Part shown: positions 9,737 through 17,750 of the stretch, one piece after another
How the letters are laid out: each line of letters opens with the position of its first letter
Numbering within the stretch: the first letter of the stretch is position 1
DNA from: Pseudomonadales bacterium
Lineage (GTDB): Bacteria > Pseudomonadota > Gammaproteobacteria > Pseudomonadales > Azotimanducaceae
Direction: 5' to 3'
NCBI GenBank assembly: GCA_036526135.1
Contig: DATCZA010000011.1
Span: forward strand, 17,570-81,569
Length of the DNA: 64,000 nucleotides
The notes under the pieces: generated by a model
What the model saw: only the letters and a program-made list of their open reading frames with translations
Database searches by the model: none
Told to the model about the DNA's origin: nothing
Program-made: the position numbers and the translations under genes

Positions 9737-11542
9737 TCAAAGGGGCCCGAAGATGCTGGCGCCGGACTCGGCCGGGCCGACCTGGGCGCGAAAGGCCGCG
9801 AATAGCTCACGACCGGTGCCGTGGGTTCCGTCGGGCGCATCTGCAGCCGCCCCCGTTCGGCCCTCCAGATCCGCCTCGACGCGCACGACGCCCGCATCGG
9901 CGTCGATGTGGATCAGATCGCCGTCGCGAATCCGACCGATCAGCCCCCCGCTGGCAGCCTCCGGCGTCACCTGAATGGCTGCGAGCACGGCGCCGGAGGC
10001 GCCAGACATGCGGCCGTCGGTCAGCAGAGCGACCCGGTATCCCCGACGCTCCAGCACGCCTAAGTAGGGGGAGAGCCGATGCAGCTCCGGCATGCCGTTG
10101 GCGCGCGGACCCTGCCAGGGCAGCACGGCGACCATGTCGCCCTCGAGCTCTTCGGCCTCGAATGCCTCGGCAAAGGCGTCCTGGGAGACGAACACCCGGG
10201 CGGGGGCCGAGATGCGCCGACGCTCCGCCCGGACCGCGGATACCTTGACCACCGCGCGCCCCACATCGCCCTGAACCACCCGGAGCCCCCCTTCGGCGTC
10301 GAACGGCTCCGCGACCCCGCGCAGCACGCCGGGATCGGCGGACGATTTTTTCGCGGGCCGCCACCTCAAGGCGCCGTCCGCCCGCTCGGGGCATACGACG
10401 AACCGGCTGAGGCCGCGGCCCAGGATGGTTTCCACCTCGTCGTGCAGCAGGCCGTGATCGAGCAGCTCGCCGATCATGAAGCCGAGCCCGCCGGCGTCGT
10501 GGAAGTGATTGACGTCGGCCTCCCCGTTCGGATAGACGCGCGCCATCAGCGGCACGACGCGGGACAGATCGGCGAAGTCGGACCAGTCCAGCCGGATGCC
10601 GGCGGCGGCGGCAACGGCCACAAGGTGCATGGTGTGATTGGTGGAGCCTCCGGAGGCCAGCAGGCCCACCACCGCGTTGACCACCGAAGACTCGTCCACG
10701 ATGCGGCCGATGGGCATATGGCGGTTGCCCAGACGGGTGAGCTCCAGCACCTGTCGGACCGCAGCAGCAGTGAGCAGATCGCGCAGTTCCGAGCCCGGGT
10801 TGACGAAAGATCCCCCTGGAAGCTGCAGGCCCATGAACTCCAAGAGCATCTGATTGCTGTTGGCCGTACCGTAGAAGGTGCAGGTGCCGGGGCTGTGATA
10901 GGCGGCAGACTCGGCCGCGATGAGCTCGACCCTGCCCGCCTCCCCGGCAGCATAGGCTTCTCGAACGCGAGCCTTCTCTTTGTTCGGCAGGCCCGACGGC
11001 ATGGGGCCGGCGGGGACGAACACCGCGGGCAGGTGGCCGAAGGCCAACGCGCCCATGAGCAGACCGGGAACGATCTTGTCGCAGACCCCGAGACAGACCA
11101 CCGCATCGAACATGTCGTGAGAGAGCGCCAGCGCCGTGGACATGGCGATGACGTCGCGGCTGAAGAGCGACAGCTCCATGCCCGGACGGCCCTGGGTGAT
11201 GCCGTCGCACATGGCGGGCACCCCGCCGGCCACCTGGGCAACGGCTCCCGCATCCTCGGCGGCCCTTCGAATCAGCTCCGGATAGCCCTCGTACGGCTGG
11301 TGAGCGCTGAGCATGTCGTTGTAGGCCGACACGATGCCGACGTTGGCGGCGGCTTCCCCGGAGAGGCGCGTCTTGGACCCGGCAGGGCAGGCGGCCATCC
11401 CGTGGGCCAGGTTGCTGCAGGACAGCCGCGCCCGGGTCACTCCGGAGGCGGCGGCCTCTTCGATCCGGCGCAGATAGTCGCTACGGCTCGACGCGCTGCG
11501 CTCGCGTATCCGCTCCGTCACACGTTCAACCAAAGGATTCAT
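9737..11542 (-). CDS. edd: Phosphogluconate dehydratase
   Basis: 601-aa IlvD/Edd family protein (..[19 protein letters not shown].., ..CDKIVPG..), sitting in a zwf-pgl-edd-eda context. Confidence 0.93.
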   Translation of the reverse strand: MNPLVERVTERIRERSASSRSDYLRRIEEAAASGVTRARLSCSNLAHGMAACPAGSKTRLSGEAAANVGIVSAYNDMLSAHQPYEGYPELIRRAAEDAGAVAQVAGGVPAMCDGITQGRPGMELSLFSRDVIAMSTALALSHDMFDAVVCLGVCDKIVPGLLMGALAFGHLPAVFVPAGPMPSGLPNKEKARVREAYAAGEAGRVELIAAESAAYHSPGTCTFYGTANSNQMLLEFMGLQLPGGSFVNPGSELRDLLTAAAVRQVLELTRLGNRHMPIGRIVDESSVVNAVVGLLASGGSTNHTMHLVAVAAAAGIRLDWSDFADLSRVVPLMARVYPNGEADVNHFHDAGGLGFMIGELLDHGLLHDEVETILGRGLSRFVVCPERADGALRWRPAKKSSADPGVLRGVAEPFDAEGGLRVVQGDVGRAVVKVSAVRAERRRISAPARVFVSQDAFAEAFEAEELEGDMVAVLPWQGPRANGMPELHRLSPYLGVLERRGYRVALLTDGRMSGASGAVLAAIQVTPEAASGGLIGRIRDGDLIHIDADAGVVRVEADLEGRTGAAADAPDGTHGTGRELFAAFRAQVGPAESGASIFGPL

Positions 11543-11585
11543 TCACTTTTCCTCGAGCCATCGATTTCCAGCCCACTTCCCCACT

Positions 11586-12227
11586 TCACGGGGCCCACAT
11601 CACCCGAACCGGCAACCGCGTCTGCGCCAGCAGGTGGCCGACCGGATACGCCCCGGGGGCTTCCAGCACACGCCGCTTGGACACGCCGAACGCCAGGAGA
11701 ACCAGCTCATCGCTTTCCAGGAGCCGCGCCAGGGTCATGGAGACCCGGGCGGACGGGCTGGCTTGGGTCCGGACCCGCAGGCAGCACGCGTTGCTTTCCA
11801 GATCCAACGCCTCGTCGAGGTTGTCCGCGTCCGGGAACACCGAGGCGAAATGGCCATCCTCGCCCATGCCGACCAGGGCGCACGCCAACGGCGCCGAGAA
11901 AGCACGCAGCTCCGCACTCTGCAGGGGCAGGAACCGCGCGGCCGCCGCCCTGCCAACGAGCAGCCGGCGCCGGACCATGCCTTCGTTGCTGTCGGGGTGG
12001 TCTGCCGGCACGCATCGTTCGTCCGTCAACGTGACGCGAACCCGGGCCCAGTCCAGCGGATGCGCGGCAAGCTCGCCAAGACACTGCCGCGGGGTCGTCC
12101 CGCCGCTGACCGCCACTACGGCCTCGGTGCTCGTTGCCAACCGCCGTGACAGCGCCATCGCGAGCACGGCGGCCGCCGCGCGGGAGGCCGCCGAACGGTC
12201 AGGAAAGGTCTCGATGCCAGGCATCAT
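11586..12227 (-). CDS. pgl: 6-phosphogluconolactonase
   Basis: The ORF was trimmed to ATG 12227 (MMPGIETFPDR..). This start overlaps the zwf stop. SolR/Pgl-like motifs ..VAVSGGTTP.. and ..LVGMGEDGHFASVFP.. are present. Confidence 0.85.
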   Translation of the reverse strand: MMPGIETFPDRSAASRAAAAVLAMALSRRLATSTEAVVAVSGGTTPRQCLGELAAHPLDWARVRVTLTDERCVPADHPDSNEGMVRRRLLVGRAAAARFLPLQSAELRAFSAPLACALVGMGEDGHFASVFPDADNLDEALDLESNACCLRVRTQASPSARVSMTLARLLESDELVLLAFGVSKRRVLEAPGAYPVGHLLAQTRLPVRVMWAP

Positions 12228-13687
12228 TGGCCGGCAAACCAGTGGCGGCCGTCCCGATCCAGGAGGAGGGACGAGGCCGTCGGGCCCCAGGAACCCGAAA
12301 CGTAAGCGTCGACTTTCTGCCGCGCCTCGGCCCATCCGGCGATGATGTCGTCGATCCATCGCCAGGCGGTCTCGATCTCGTCACGCCGCATGAAAAGGGC
12401 CGGATTACCCCGCATGACCTCGATGAGCAGCCGCTCGTAGGCGTCCGGATAGCGAATGCCGAAGGTCTCCTCGAAGCTGAGATCGAGAGACACGGGCCGC
12501 AGCTCGAACCCGCCGGGCCCGGGCTCTTTGGCCATGATCGCGAGCCGCACTCCCTCGTCGGGCTGCAGCATGATGGAGAGCCGGTTGGGCGCCGCGTCCC
12601 CGCTCACGTCGCCGAACAGGGGGTGGGGCACGGGCCTGAACTGGATGACGATCTCGGAGTGTTTGGCGGGCAGACGCTTGCCGGTGCGCAGGTAGAACGG
12701 CACCCCCGACCAGCGCCAGTTCTCGATACCAAGCTTGAGAGCAACGAAAGTCTCGGTATCGGTGGCGCCACCAAGCTCGTCGACGTACCCGGGCACGGCG
12801 TGCCCCGATATGGCGCCCGCCGTGTACTGGGCCCGGACCGTGGAAGTACGGACGTTGGCGGCGGTGATGGGTTTAAGGGCGCGAAGGACCTTGAGCTTCT
12901 CGTCGCGAACCGCGTCGTCGTCCAGGCTTGCCGGCGGCTCCATGGCGACCAGGCAGACCAGCTGCAGAAGATGGTTCTGCACCATGTCGCGCACGGCCCC
13001 GATCCGGTCGTAAAAGGCCACCCGGTTTCCCACGCCGAGCTCCTCGGCCACCGTGATCTGCACGTGATCCACCACTTCCCGCCGCCACAACGGCTCGAAC
13101 AGCGAGTTGCCGAACCTCAGCGCCAGCAGGTTCTGCACGGTTTCCTTGCCGAGATAGTGATCGATGCGAAAGATCTGGTTCTCGGCGAAGCAGGCGCCTA
13201 CCTCGTCGTTGATGGCTCGCGCCGAGGCGTAGTCGTCGCCAACCGGCTTCTCCAGAACGATGCGCATGTCCGGAACCATCAGAGAGTTGGACTGGAAACC
13301 GCGGGCCACGCTGCCGAAAAGGTGGGGGGGTGTGGCGAGATAGACGATGCGAATCTTGCCCTCATGTCCCCGCAGGCATTCGGCCAGGGGGCCCCAGCCG
13401 GAGTGATCGTCCGCATCCAGGTCGAGATAATCCAGACGTGCGGCGAACGTCTCCCAGATGTCCGGCTCTCTCCCTTCGCCGGCGGCTTCCACGGCGCGCG
13501 CCGCCTCGGCCAGGTATTCCGCCCTGCCCATGGCGCTTCGACCCACCGCGATGATGCGGCTCCCGGGCGGAATCTGCCCATCCCGGTGGCGGTGGTACAA
13601 GGCCGGCAGGAGCTTGCGCAGCGCAAGGTCTCCGGCACCACCGAAGATGATCAGGTCGAACGGATCGACGGGGATGAGCTGCGCCAC
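12224..13687 (-). CDS. zwf: Glucose-6-phosphate 1-dehydrogenase
   Basis: Zwf motifs: DLIIFGGAGDLALRKLLPALY (NADP site), RIDHYLGKE, ..EPGPGGFELRPV... I call the start at GTG 13687 (VAQLIPVDPFDL..). The upstream 262 codons of the 749-aa track ORF overlap hexR on the other strand and have no Zwf similarity. Confidence 0.9.
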   Translation of the reverse strand: MAQLIPVDPFDLIIFGGAGDLALRKLLPALYHRHRDGQIPPGSRIIAVGRSAMGRAEYLAEAARAVEAAGEGREPDIWETFAARLDYLDLDADDHSGWGPLAECLRGHEGKIRIVYLATPPHLFGSVARGFQSNSLMVPDMRIVLEKPVGDDYASARAINDEVGACFAENQIFRIDHYLGKETVQNLLALRFGNSLFEPLWRREVVDHVQITVAEELGVGNRVAFYDRIGAVRDMVQNHLLQLVCLVAMEPPASLDDDAVRDEKLKVLRALKPITAANVRTSTVRAQYTAGAISGHAVPGYVDELGGATDTETFVALKLGIENWRWSGVPFYLRTGKRLPAKHSEIVIQFRPVPHPLFGDVSGDAAPNRLSIMLQPDEGVRLAIMAKEPGPGGFELRPVSLDLSFEETFGIRYPDAYERLLIEVMRGNPALFMRRDEIETAWRWIDDIIAGWAEARQKVDAYVSGSWGPTASSLLLDRDGRHWFAGQ

Positions 13688-13712
13688 TGAGCGCTCCACT
13701 GAACAAGAATTT

Positions 13713-13727
13713 CGTAATTTGACTACA
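13713..13727. promoter_or_regulatory. HexR-type operator candidate (CGTAAT-TTG-ACTACA)
   Basis: Half-sites resemble the TGTAAT/TGTAGT-N3-ACTACA type HexR palindrome, with one mismatch. It lies in the zwf/hexR divergent intergenic region. Confidence 0.5.
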
Positions 13728-13775
13728 TTAATCCCCAGGATCGCAATTATTTCGTGGCCATTTACCAAAATACTA

Positions 13776-13790
13776 TGTAGTTTTACTACA
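13776..13790. promoter_or_regulatory. HexR-type operator candidate (TGTAGT-TTT-ACTACA, perfect 6-3-6 inverted repeat)
   Basis: Perfect palindrome read directly from the sequence. Its last base is the A of the hexR ATG. Confidence 0.7.
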
Positions 13791-14650
13791 TGACTACGGG
13801 AATACTTCGCCAGATCGATCTGGATCTGCCCCGCTTGAGCCGCTCGGAAACCCGCATCGCGGAATGGATCCGGGAAAACCCGCGGCAGACGGTCGACGCC
13901 TCCATCGGCGAAGTCGCCGCCAACGCGGGCGTGAGCGAACCAACGGTGATTCGATTCTGCCGGCGGCTGGGTCTTGCCGGCTTCCGGGATCTCAAGACAC
14001 GGCTGGTCGCCGCGCTGCAGAGCCCGGAGAACTTCCTGCATCGCGACGTCGACGACGCGGACGGGCCTTCCGAGGCCGCCGCCAAGGTGCTCGACGGGTC
14101 CATTCGAACCCTGGTCGACCTTCGCGAGCAGACGCCGACCATGCCGTTCCGTGCCGCCGTGGAAACCATGACGACGGCCCGGGAACTCGTGTTCGTCGGG
14201 CTTGGCGCCTCGGGGCACGTCGCCAGGGATGCAAGCCACAAATTCTTTCGCCTGGGCATTCCCTGCAGCACGGCGGTGGATGCGCAAACGATCCTGCAGC
14301 GGGCCGCCATCGCGTCGGCCCGCGACGTCTTCGTGGTCGTCTCCCACACCGGCACCTGGCCCGAAATCGTCACGGCCATGGCCATCGCCGCCGAACGTCA
14401 CGCCCGGATCGTCGCTCTGACCGATCCCCGCTCCCCCCTGGCGACGACTGCCGACCTCGTCTTCGCCTGCCATCCGGTGGAGGACACCAACGTGTTTACA
14501 CCCATGAGCTCCCGGCTCGCCCAGCTCGCGCTCCTGGACGCGCTGCAGGTTGCGCTCGCGCTGGGCATCGGCGAGCCGGCCAAGCAGAACCTGCGGGCGA
14601 GCAAGGAGGCGCTCTCCGAGATGCGCGCCAGCGCGTGCGGATCCAACTGA
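13790..14650 (+). CDS. hexR: RpiR/HexR family transcriptional regulator of central carbon metabolism
   Basis: N-terminal HTH (..LSRSETRIAEWIRENP..IGEVAANAGVSEPTVIRFCRRLGLAGFRDLK..) plus a SIS domain (..FVGLGASGHVARDASHKF..). It is divergent from zwf, as in other proteobacteria. Confidence 0.9.
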   Translation: MTTGILRQIDLDLPRLSRSETRIAEWIRENPRQTVDASIGEVAANAGVSEPTVIRFCRRLGLAGFRDLKTRLVAALQSPENFLHRDVDDADGPSEAAAKVLDGSIRTLVDLREQTPTMPFRAAVETMTTARELVFVGLGASGHVARDASHKFFRLGIPCSTAVDAQTILQRAAIASARDVFVVVSHTGTWPEIVTAMAIAAERHARIVALTDPRSPLATTADLVFACHPVEDTNVFTPMSSRLAQLALLDALQVALALGIGEPAKQNLRASKEALSEMRASACGSN

Positions 14651-14651
14651 G

Positions 14652-14987
14652 GTGAGCGTGGATCGGATCAGCGGGCGACGGATTTACTGTCGCGTTCTGA
14701 CCGGGGGCGAGCTCGGCGCGGGCAAGGGCATCAACAAACGGGGCGGCGGCCTCTCCGCCCTGGCCGACAACCCACGCACGCTCGCCCGGGTAGCGCTGTT
14801 CCGTGGCGTGCATCCCGAACTCTTCGAGACCGAGCATCTGGACTACGAGCTCATCAACGAAGCCGCCGTCACCTGGCTCGCGCACAAGGGCGCCGTAAGC
14901 AGGGGGGATCGAGTCATTCTCTCCAAAGGCGACTACCGTAACGTGCAGGGCGGCACCAACACACTGAAAATACTGGAGGTCGCCTGA
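14652..14987 (+). pseudogene. pykA: Internally deleted pyruvate kinase (pykA-type) remnant, 111 codons, still an open frame
   Basis: ..RVLTGGELGAGKGINKRGGGLSA matches the PykA segment ..GGPLSNNKGINKLGGGLSA. It joins directly to ..NPRTLARVALFRGVHPELFE...GDRVILSKGDYRNVQGGTNTLKILEV, which matches the PykA C-terminal end (..RTLNLTALYRGVTPVHFD...GDLVIVTQGD..GSTNTTRILTV). The first ~180 residues and ~190 internal residues of a normal PK are missing. hexR-pykA adjacency matches E. coli. The stop overlaps the next ATG (TGATG). Confidence 0.65.
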
Positions 14988-16003
14988 TGCGAAAGCTGCG
15001 CGTAGGCATCATGGGTTTCGGCCGGGTCGGTCGGCAGATTTACCGGCTCGCCCTCAAGGACGAGCGTTTCGAGGTGGTTGCCATATCCGACATCGGGCGC
15101 CCGGAAATCCTGCACCATCTGCTGACCAGGACCGATGACGACGTGGGCGTGACGCTAAGCGGCAACTACCTCGAATCCAGGGGCGTTCGCACCCGCCTGA
15201 TGCCGGCCGATCATCCCACGGAGATTCCCTGGGACGTCTTCGGGGTCGACGTGGTCATCGAGGCGACCGGCAGGTTTCATCGCGCCGACGATCTGCGGCC
15301 TCACCTGCACAACGGCGCTCCGCGCGTCGTCCTGTCGGCACTTCCCCAGGATGACATCGATCGCGTGGTGCTCGTCGGCGTGAACGACTGCGAGGCAAGC
15401 GCGGCCGACGTCATGGTGTCCGCCGGGTCGGCTTCCACCACCGCAACCGCGCTGGCGTGCAAGACGATCACCGAAGTCTGGCCCGTGGAACATGCCACCA
15501 TGACGTCCGTGCACGCCTACACCAGCGATCAGAGCCTGCAGGACTACGCCGGACCGGACTATCGGCGCAGCCGCTCCGGAGCGGAAAACATCATCCCCAA
15601 CGCGACCCCGGCCCTGAAGTGGGTTCAGCGGGCCGTGCCGGCGATGGCAGGCAGAATGACCGGGTACGCGCTCAACGTGCCCGTCCAGGTCGGCTCGATG
15701 CTCGACCTCACCTTCTCGTTCCGGGAATCCGGCATCGGCGCCGACGACGTGAACGACCTGTTCGGCAACGCTGCACGGGTACGGCCGGATCTGATCGCCA
15801 CCACCCGGGACCCCATCGTTTCATCCGACGTCAGGGGCTCCTCCGAGTCTCTCCTCGTCGACATGGAGGGAACCATGGCGGCCGGCAGTCGCATGGTGAA
15901 GGTGCTCGCCTGGCACGAAACCCTCGGGCATGCCCGGCGCATCCTGGACGTCGTCGGCCTCTACGCCGACCTGGACGACGCAACAGCAAAGGAGGCTTCC
16001 TGA
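14987..16003 (+). CDS. GAPDH-family paralog lacking the catalytic cysteine (predicted non-canonical or inactive)
   Basis: NAD motif VGIMGFGRVGRQ. The catalytic-site block reads VSAGSASTTATALACK where canonical GAPDH (and the next gene) has VSNASCTTNCLAPLAK. An ungapped alignment puts Ala (or Ser with a 1-residue shift) at the Cys149 position. The His176 context SVHAYTSDQ is retained. Confidence 0.75.
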   Translation: MRKLRVGIMGFGRVGRQIYRLALKDERFEVVAISDIGRPEILHHLLTRTDDDVGVTLSGNYLESRGVRTRLMPADHPTEIPWDVFGVDVVIEATGRFHRADDLRPHLHNGAPRVVLSALPQDDIDRVVLVGVNDCEASAADVMVSAGSASTTATALACKTITEVWPVEHATMTSVHAYTSDQSLQDYAGPDYRRSRSGAENIIPNATPALKWVQRAVPAMAGRMTGYALNVPVQVGSMLDLTFSFRESGIGADDVNDLFGNAARVRPDLIATTRDPIVSSDVRGSSESLLVDMEGTMAAGSRMVKVLAWHETLGHARRILDVVGLYADLDDATAKEAS

Positions 16004-17004
16004 TGCGAGTCGCCATCAACGGCTTCGGCCGCATCGGCCGCTCGGTCTTCCGCATCGCGGAAACGCTGGGGGACATCGAGATCGTCGCCATCAACGACCT
16101 CTTCGACGACGAGGCGCTTCGCTACCTGCTCACCTACGACACCGTGATGGGTCGATTCGAAGGCGACGTGCGCATCGAGGACGGGCACATGATCACGCCC
16201 AAGAGCCGGGCACGAATGCTCGCGCTTGCAGATCCCACACAGCTGCCATGGGCGGAGCTCGAGATCGACGCGGTGGTGGAGTCCACGGGCGTGTTCCGCA
16301 GCCGCGAGCAGGTTTCCCAGCATCTCGAGGCCGGTGCCGGGCGCGCGCTGCTGACCGTGCCGGCAAAGGACGATATCGACTACACCGTGGTGCTGGGGGT
16401 CAACGGGGAAGGCTTGAAGGCCGAGCACCGGGTCGTTTCCAACGCCAGCTGCACCACCAACTGCCTCGCACCTCTGGCGAAGGTCCTGCACGACGCCTTC
16501 GGCATCCGCGAAGGCGTCATCAACACCGTGCACGCCTACACCAACGACCAGCGGCTGGCCGACGTGCCCCACTCCGACTGGCGCCGCAGCCGGGCCGCAG
16601 CCGAGAACATCATCCCGACCTCCACCGGCGCAGCCAAGGCGGTGGGCGTCGTCCTGCCGGAGCTTGCAGGCAGGCTCGACGGCATCGCTTCCCGCGTTCC
16701 CGTCCCGGACGGCTCGGTGGTGGATCTTTTCGTGGAGCTCGAGAAGAACGTGAGCGTGGACGACGTTCACGAGGTGCTGGAGGCTGCCGCCGGTTCCGAG
16801 CCGATGAGCGGCGTGCTGGAGTTCACGAGGGAGCCCATCGTCTCTTCGGACATCATCGGCAACCCGCACTCGTCGATCTACGATGCGTCGTTTACTCAGG
16901 TGGCCGGGGGGCGGTTCTTAAAGGCGCTTTCCTGGTACGACAACGAGTGGGGTTACTCGAACCGGGTGTGCGACGTCCTGCGGATGATGTCCGCCCTGGA
17001 CTGA
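16003..17004 (+). CDS. gap: Type I glyceraldehyde-3-phosphate dehydrogenase
   Basis: MRVAINGFGRIGR.., SNASCTTNCLAPLAKV, TVHAYTNDQ, WYDNEWGYS. ATG 16003 overlaps the TGA of the upstream paralog. The upstream part of the track ORF 15457.. is an out-of-frame artefact. Confidence 0.93.
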   Translation: MRVAINGFGRIGRSVFRIAETLGDIEIVAINDLFDDEALRYLLTYDTVMGRFEGDVRIEDGHMITPKSRARMLALADPTQLPWAELEIDAVVESTGVFRSREQVSQHLEAGAGRALLTVPAKDDIDYTVVLGVNGEGLKAEHRVVSNASCTTNCLAPLAKVLHDAFGIREGVINTVHAYTNDQRLADVPHSDWRRSRAAAENIIPTSTGAAKAVGVVLPELAGRLDGIASRVPVPDGSVVDLFVELEKNVSVDDVHEVLEAAAGSEPMSGVLEFTREPIVSSDIIGNPHSSIYDASFTQVAGGRFLKALSWYDNEWGYSNRVCDVLRMMSALD

Positions 17005-17065
17005 CCCGCGTCCTCGAAAATCTGAGACGTCTACACCCTTCAAACGCTGAATAGCGCAAGCTTAC

Positions 17066-17083
17066 GGGCCCGTTCCCGGGCCC
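17066..17083 (+). terminator. GC-rich hairpin downstream of gap (weak terminator candidate)
   Basis: GGGCCCG-ttcc-CGGGCCC stem-loop about 60 nt after the gap stop. Only a short CTTT follows, so intrinsic-terminator status is uncertain. Confidence 0.3.
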
Positions 17084-17217
17084 GCGGCCTGCTTTGAGCG
17101 CTCAGTCACACACCGCGCGGCACGATTCGTCAAGACTTGCGCCGGAACAGGGACAAACGCGGGTGGACTGTGGAGACGCGAGAGGCATTCCACGCACCGC
17201 GTCATTAGGTGTTCGAG

Positions 17218-17748
17218 ATGCCAAAGACCCCAATAATCGCATTGCTGACTGCGCTGGCGTGCCTGTGCTGGTCGCCGGTTTCGGCCGACGACGTTTCCCG
17301 CAAGGAGATGCGCAGCCTCGACGAGCAGGTTCAGGAAATCAAATCCGACGTGCTGAGCATCGCCGCGGAACTCGACCAGCTCGAGGAGAGGCTGCTCTTT
17401 CCGTCCAACACCCAGCTGACCGTCTTCGTCGCCATCGGCGACGGGACGGAGTCTTTCCGGCTCGACTCGATCCGGCTCGGCATCAACGATGCGCTCGCCA
17501 CTCACCACATCTACAGCTTCAAGGAACTCGAGGCGCTGCAGCAGGGAGGCGTTCAGCGTCTCTACATGGGCAACCTGCCCATCGGCACTCACGCGCTGGA
17601 GGTTTCCGTGCTGGGCAAGCTGCCGAGCGGCAAGGACTTTGCCCACGCCGAGCGCTTCACCTTCGACAAGGGCATAGACCCGGCTCTGATCGGCATCACC
17701 GTTGACCCGGGCTCCGGCAAGGCCCCGATCGCCCTGAAAGACTGGTAG
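17218..17748 (+). CDS. Secreted protein with N-terminal coiled coil, function unknown (first gene of the Agl/Glt-like operon)
   Basis: MPKTPIIALLTALACLCWSPVSA signal peptide, then a heptad-like segment (MRSLDEQVQEIKSDVLSIAAELDQLEERL) and a beta-rich C-terminus. GTG 17209 is an alternative start. Confidence 0.7.
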   Translation: MPKTPIIALLTALACLCWSPVSADDVSRKEMRSLDEQVQEIKSDVLSIAAELDQLEERLLFPSNTQLTVFVAIGDGTESFRLDSIRLGINDALATHHIYSFKELEALQQGGVQRLYMGNLPIGTHALEVSVLGKLPSGKDFAHAERFTFDKGIDPALIGITVDPGSGKAPIALKDW

Positions 17749-17750
17749 CC

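Noticed and set aside
13688-14473. N-terminal 262 codons of the 749-aa minus-strand ORF (12224..14473), which would make an oversized Zwf.
   Set aside because: This part is Arg/Gly/His/Asp-rich with no Zwf similarity. It lies antisense to the well-supported hexR gene. The Zwf NADP-binding N-terminus begins right after GTG 13687.
14550-14651. Longer version of the pyruvate-kinase-like ORF starting at 14550, inside hexR.
   Set aside because: The extra 34 codons are Arg/Ser/Pro-rich, overlap the hexR C-terminus in another frame, and show no PK similarity. PK-like sequence begins only after the hexR stop.
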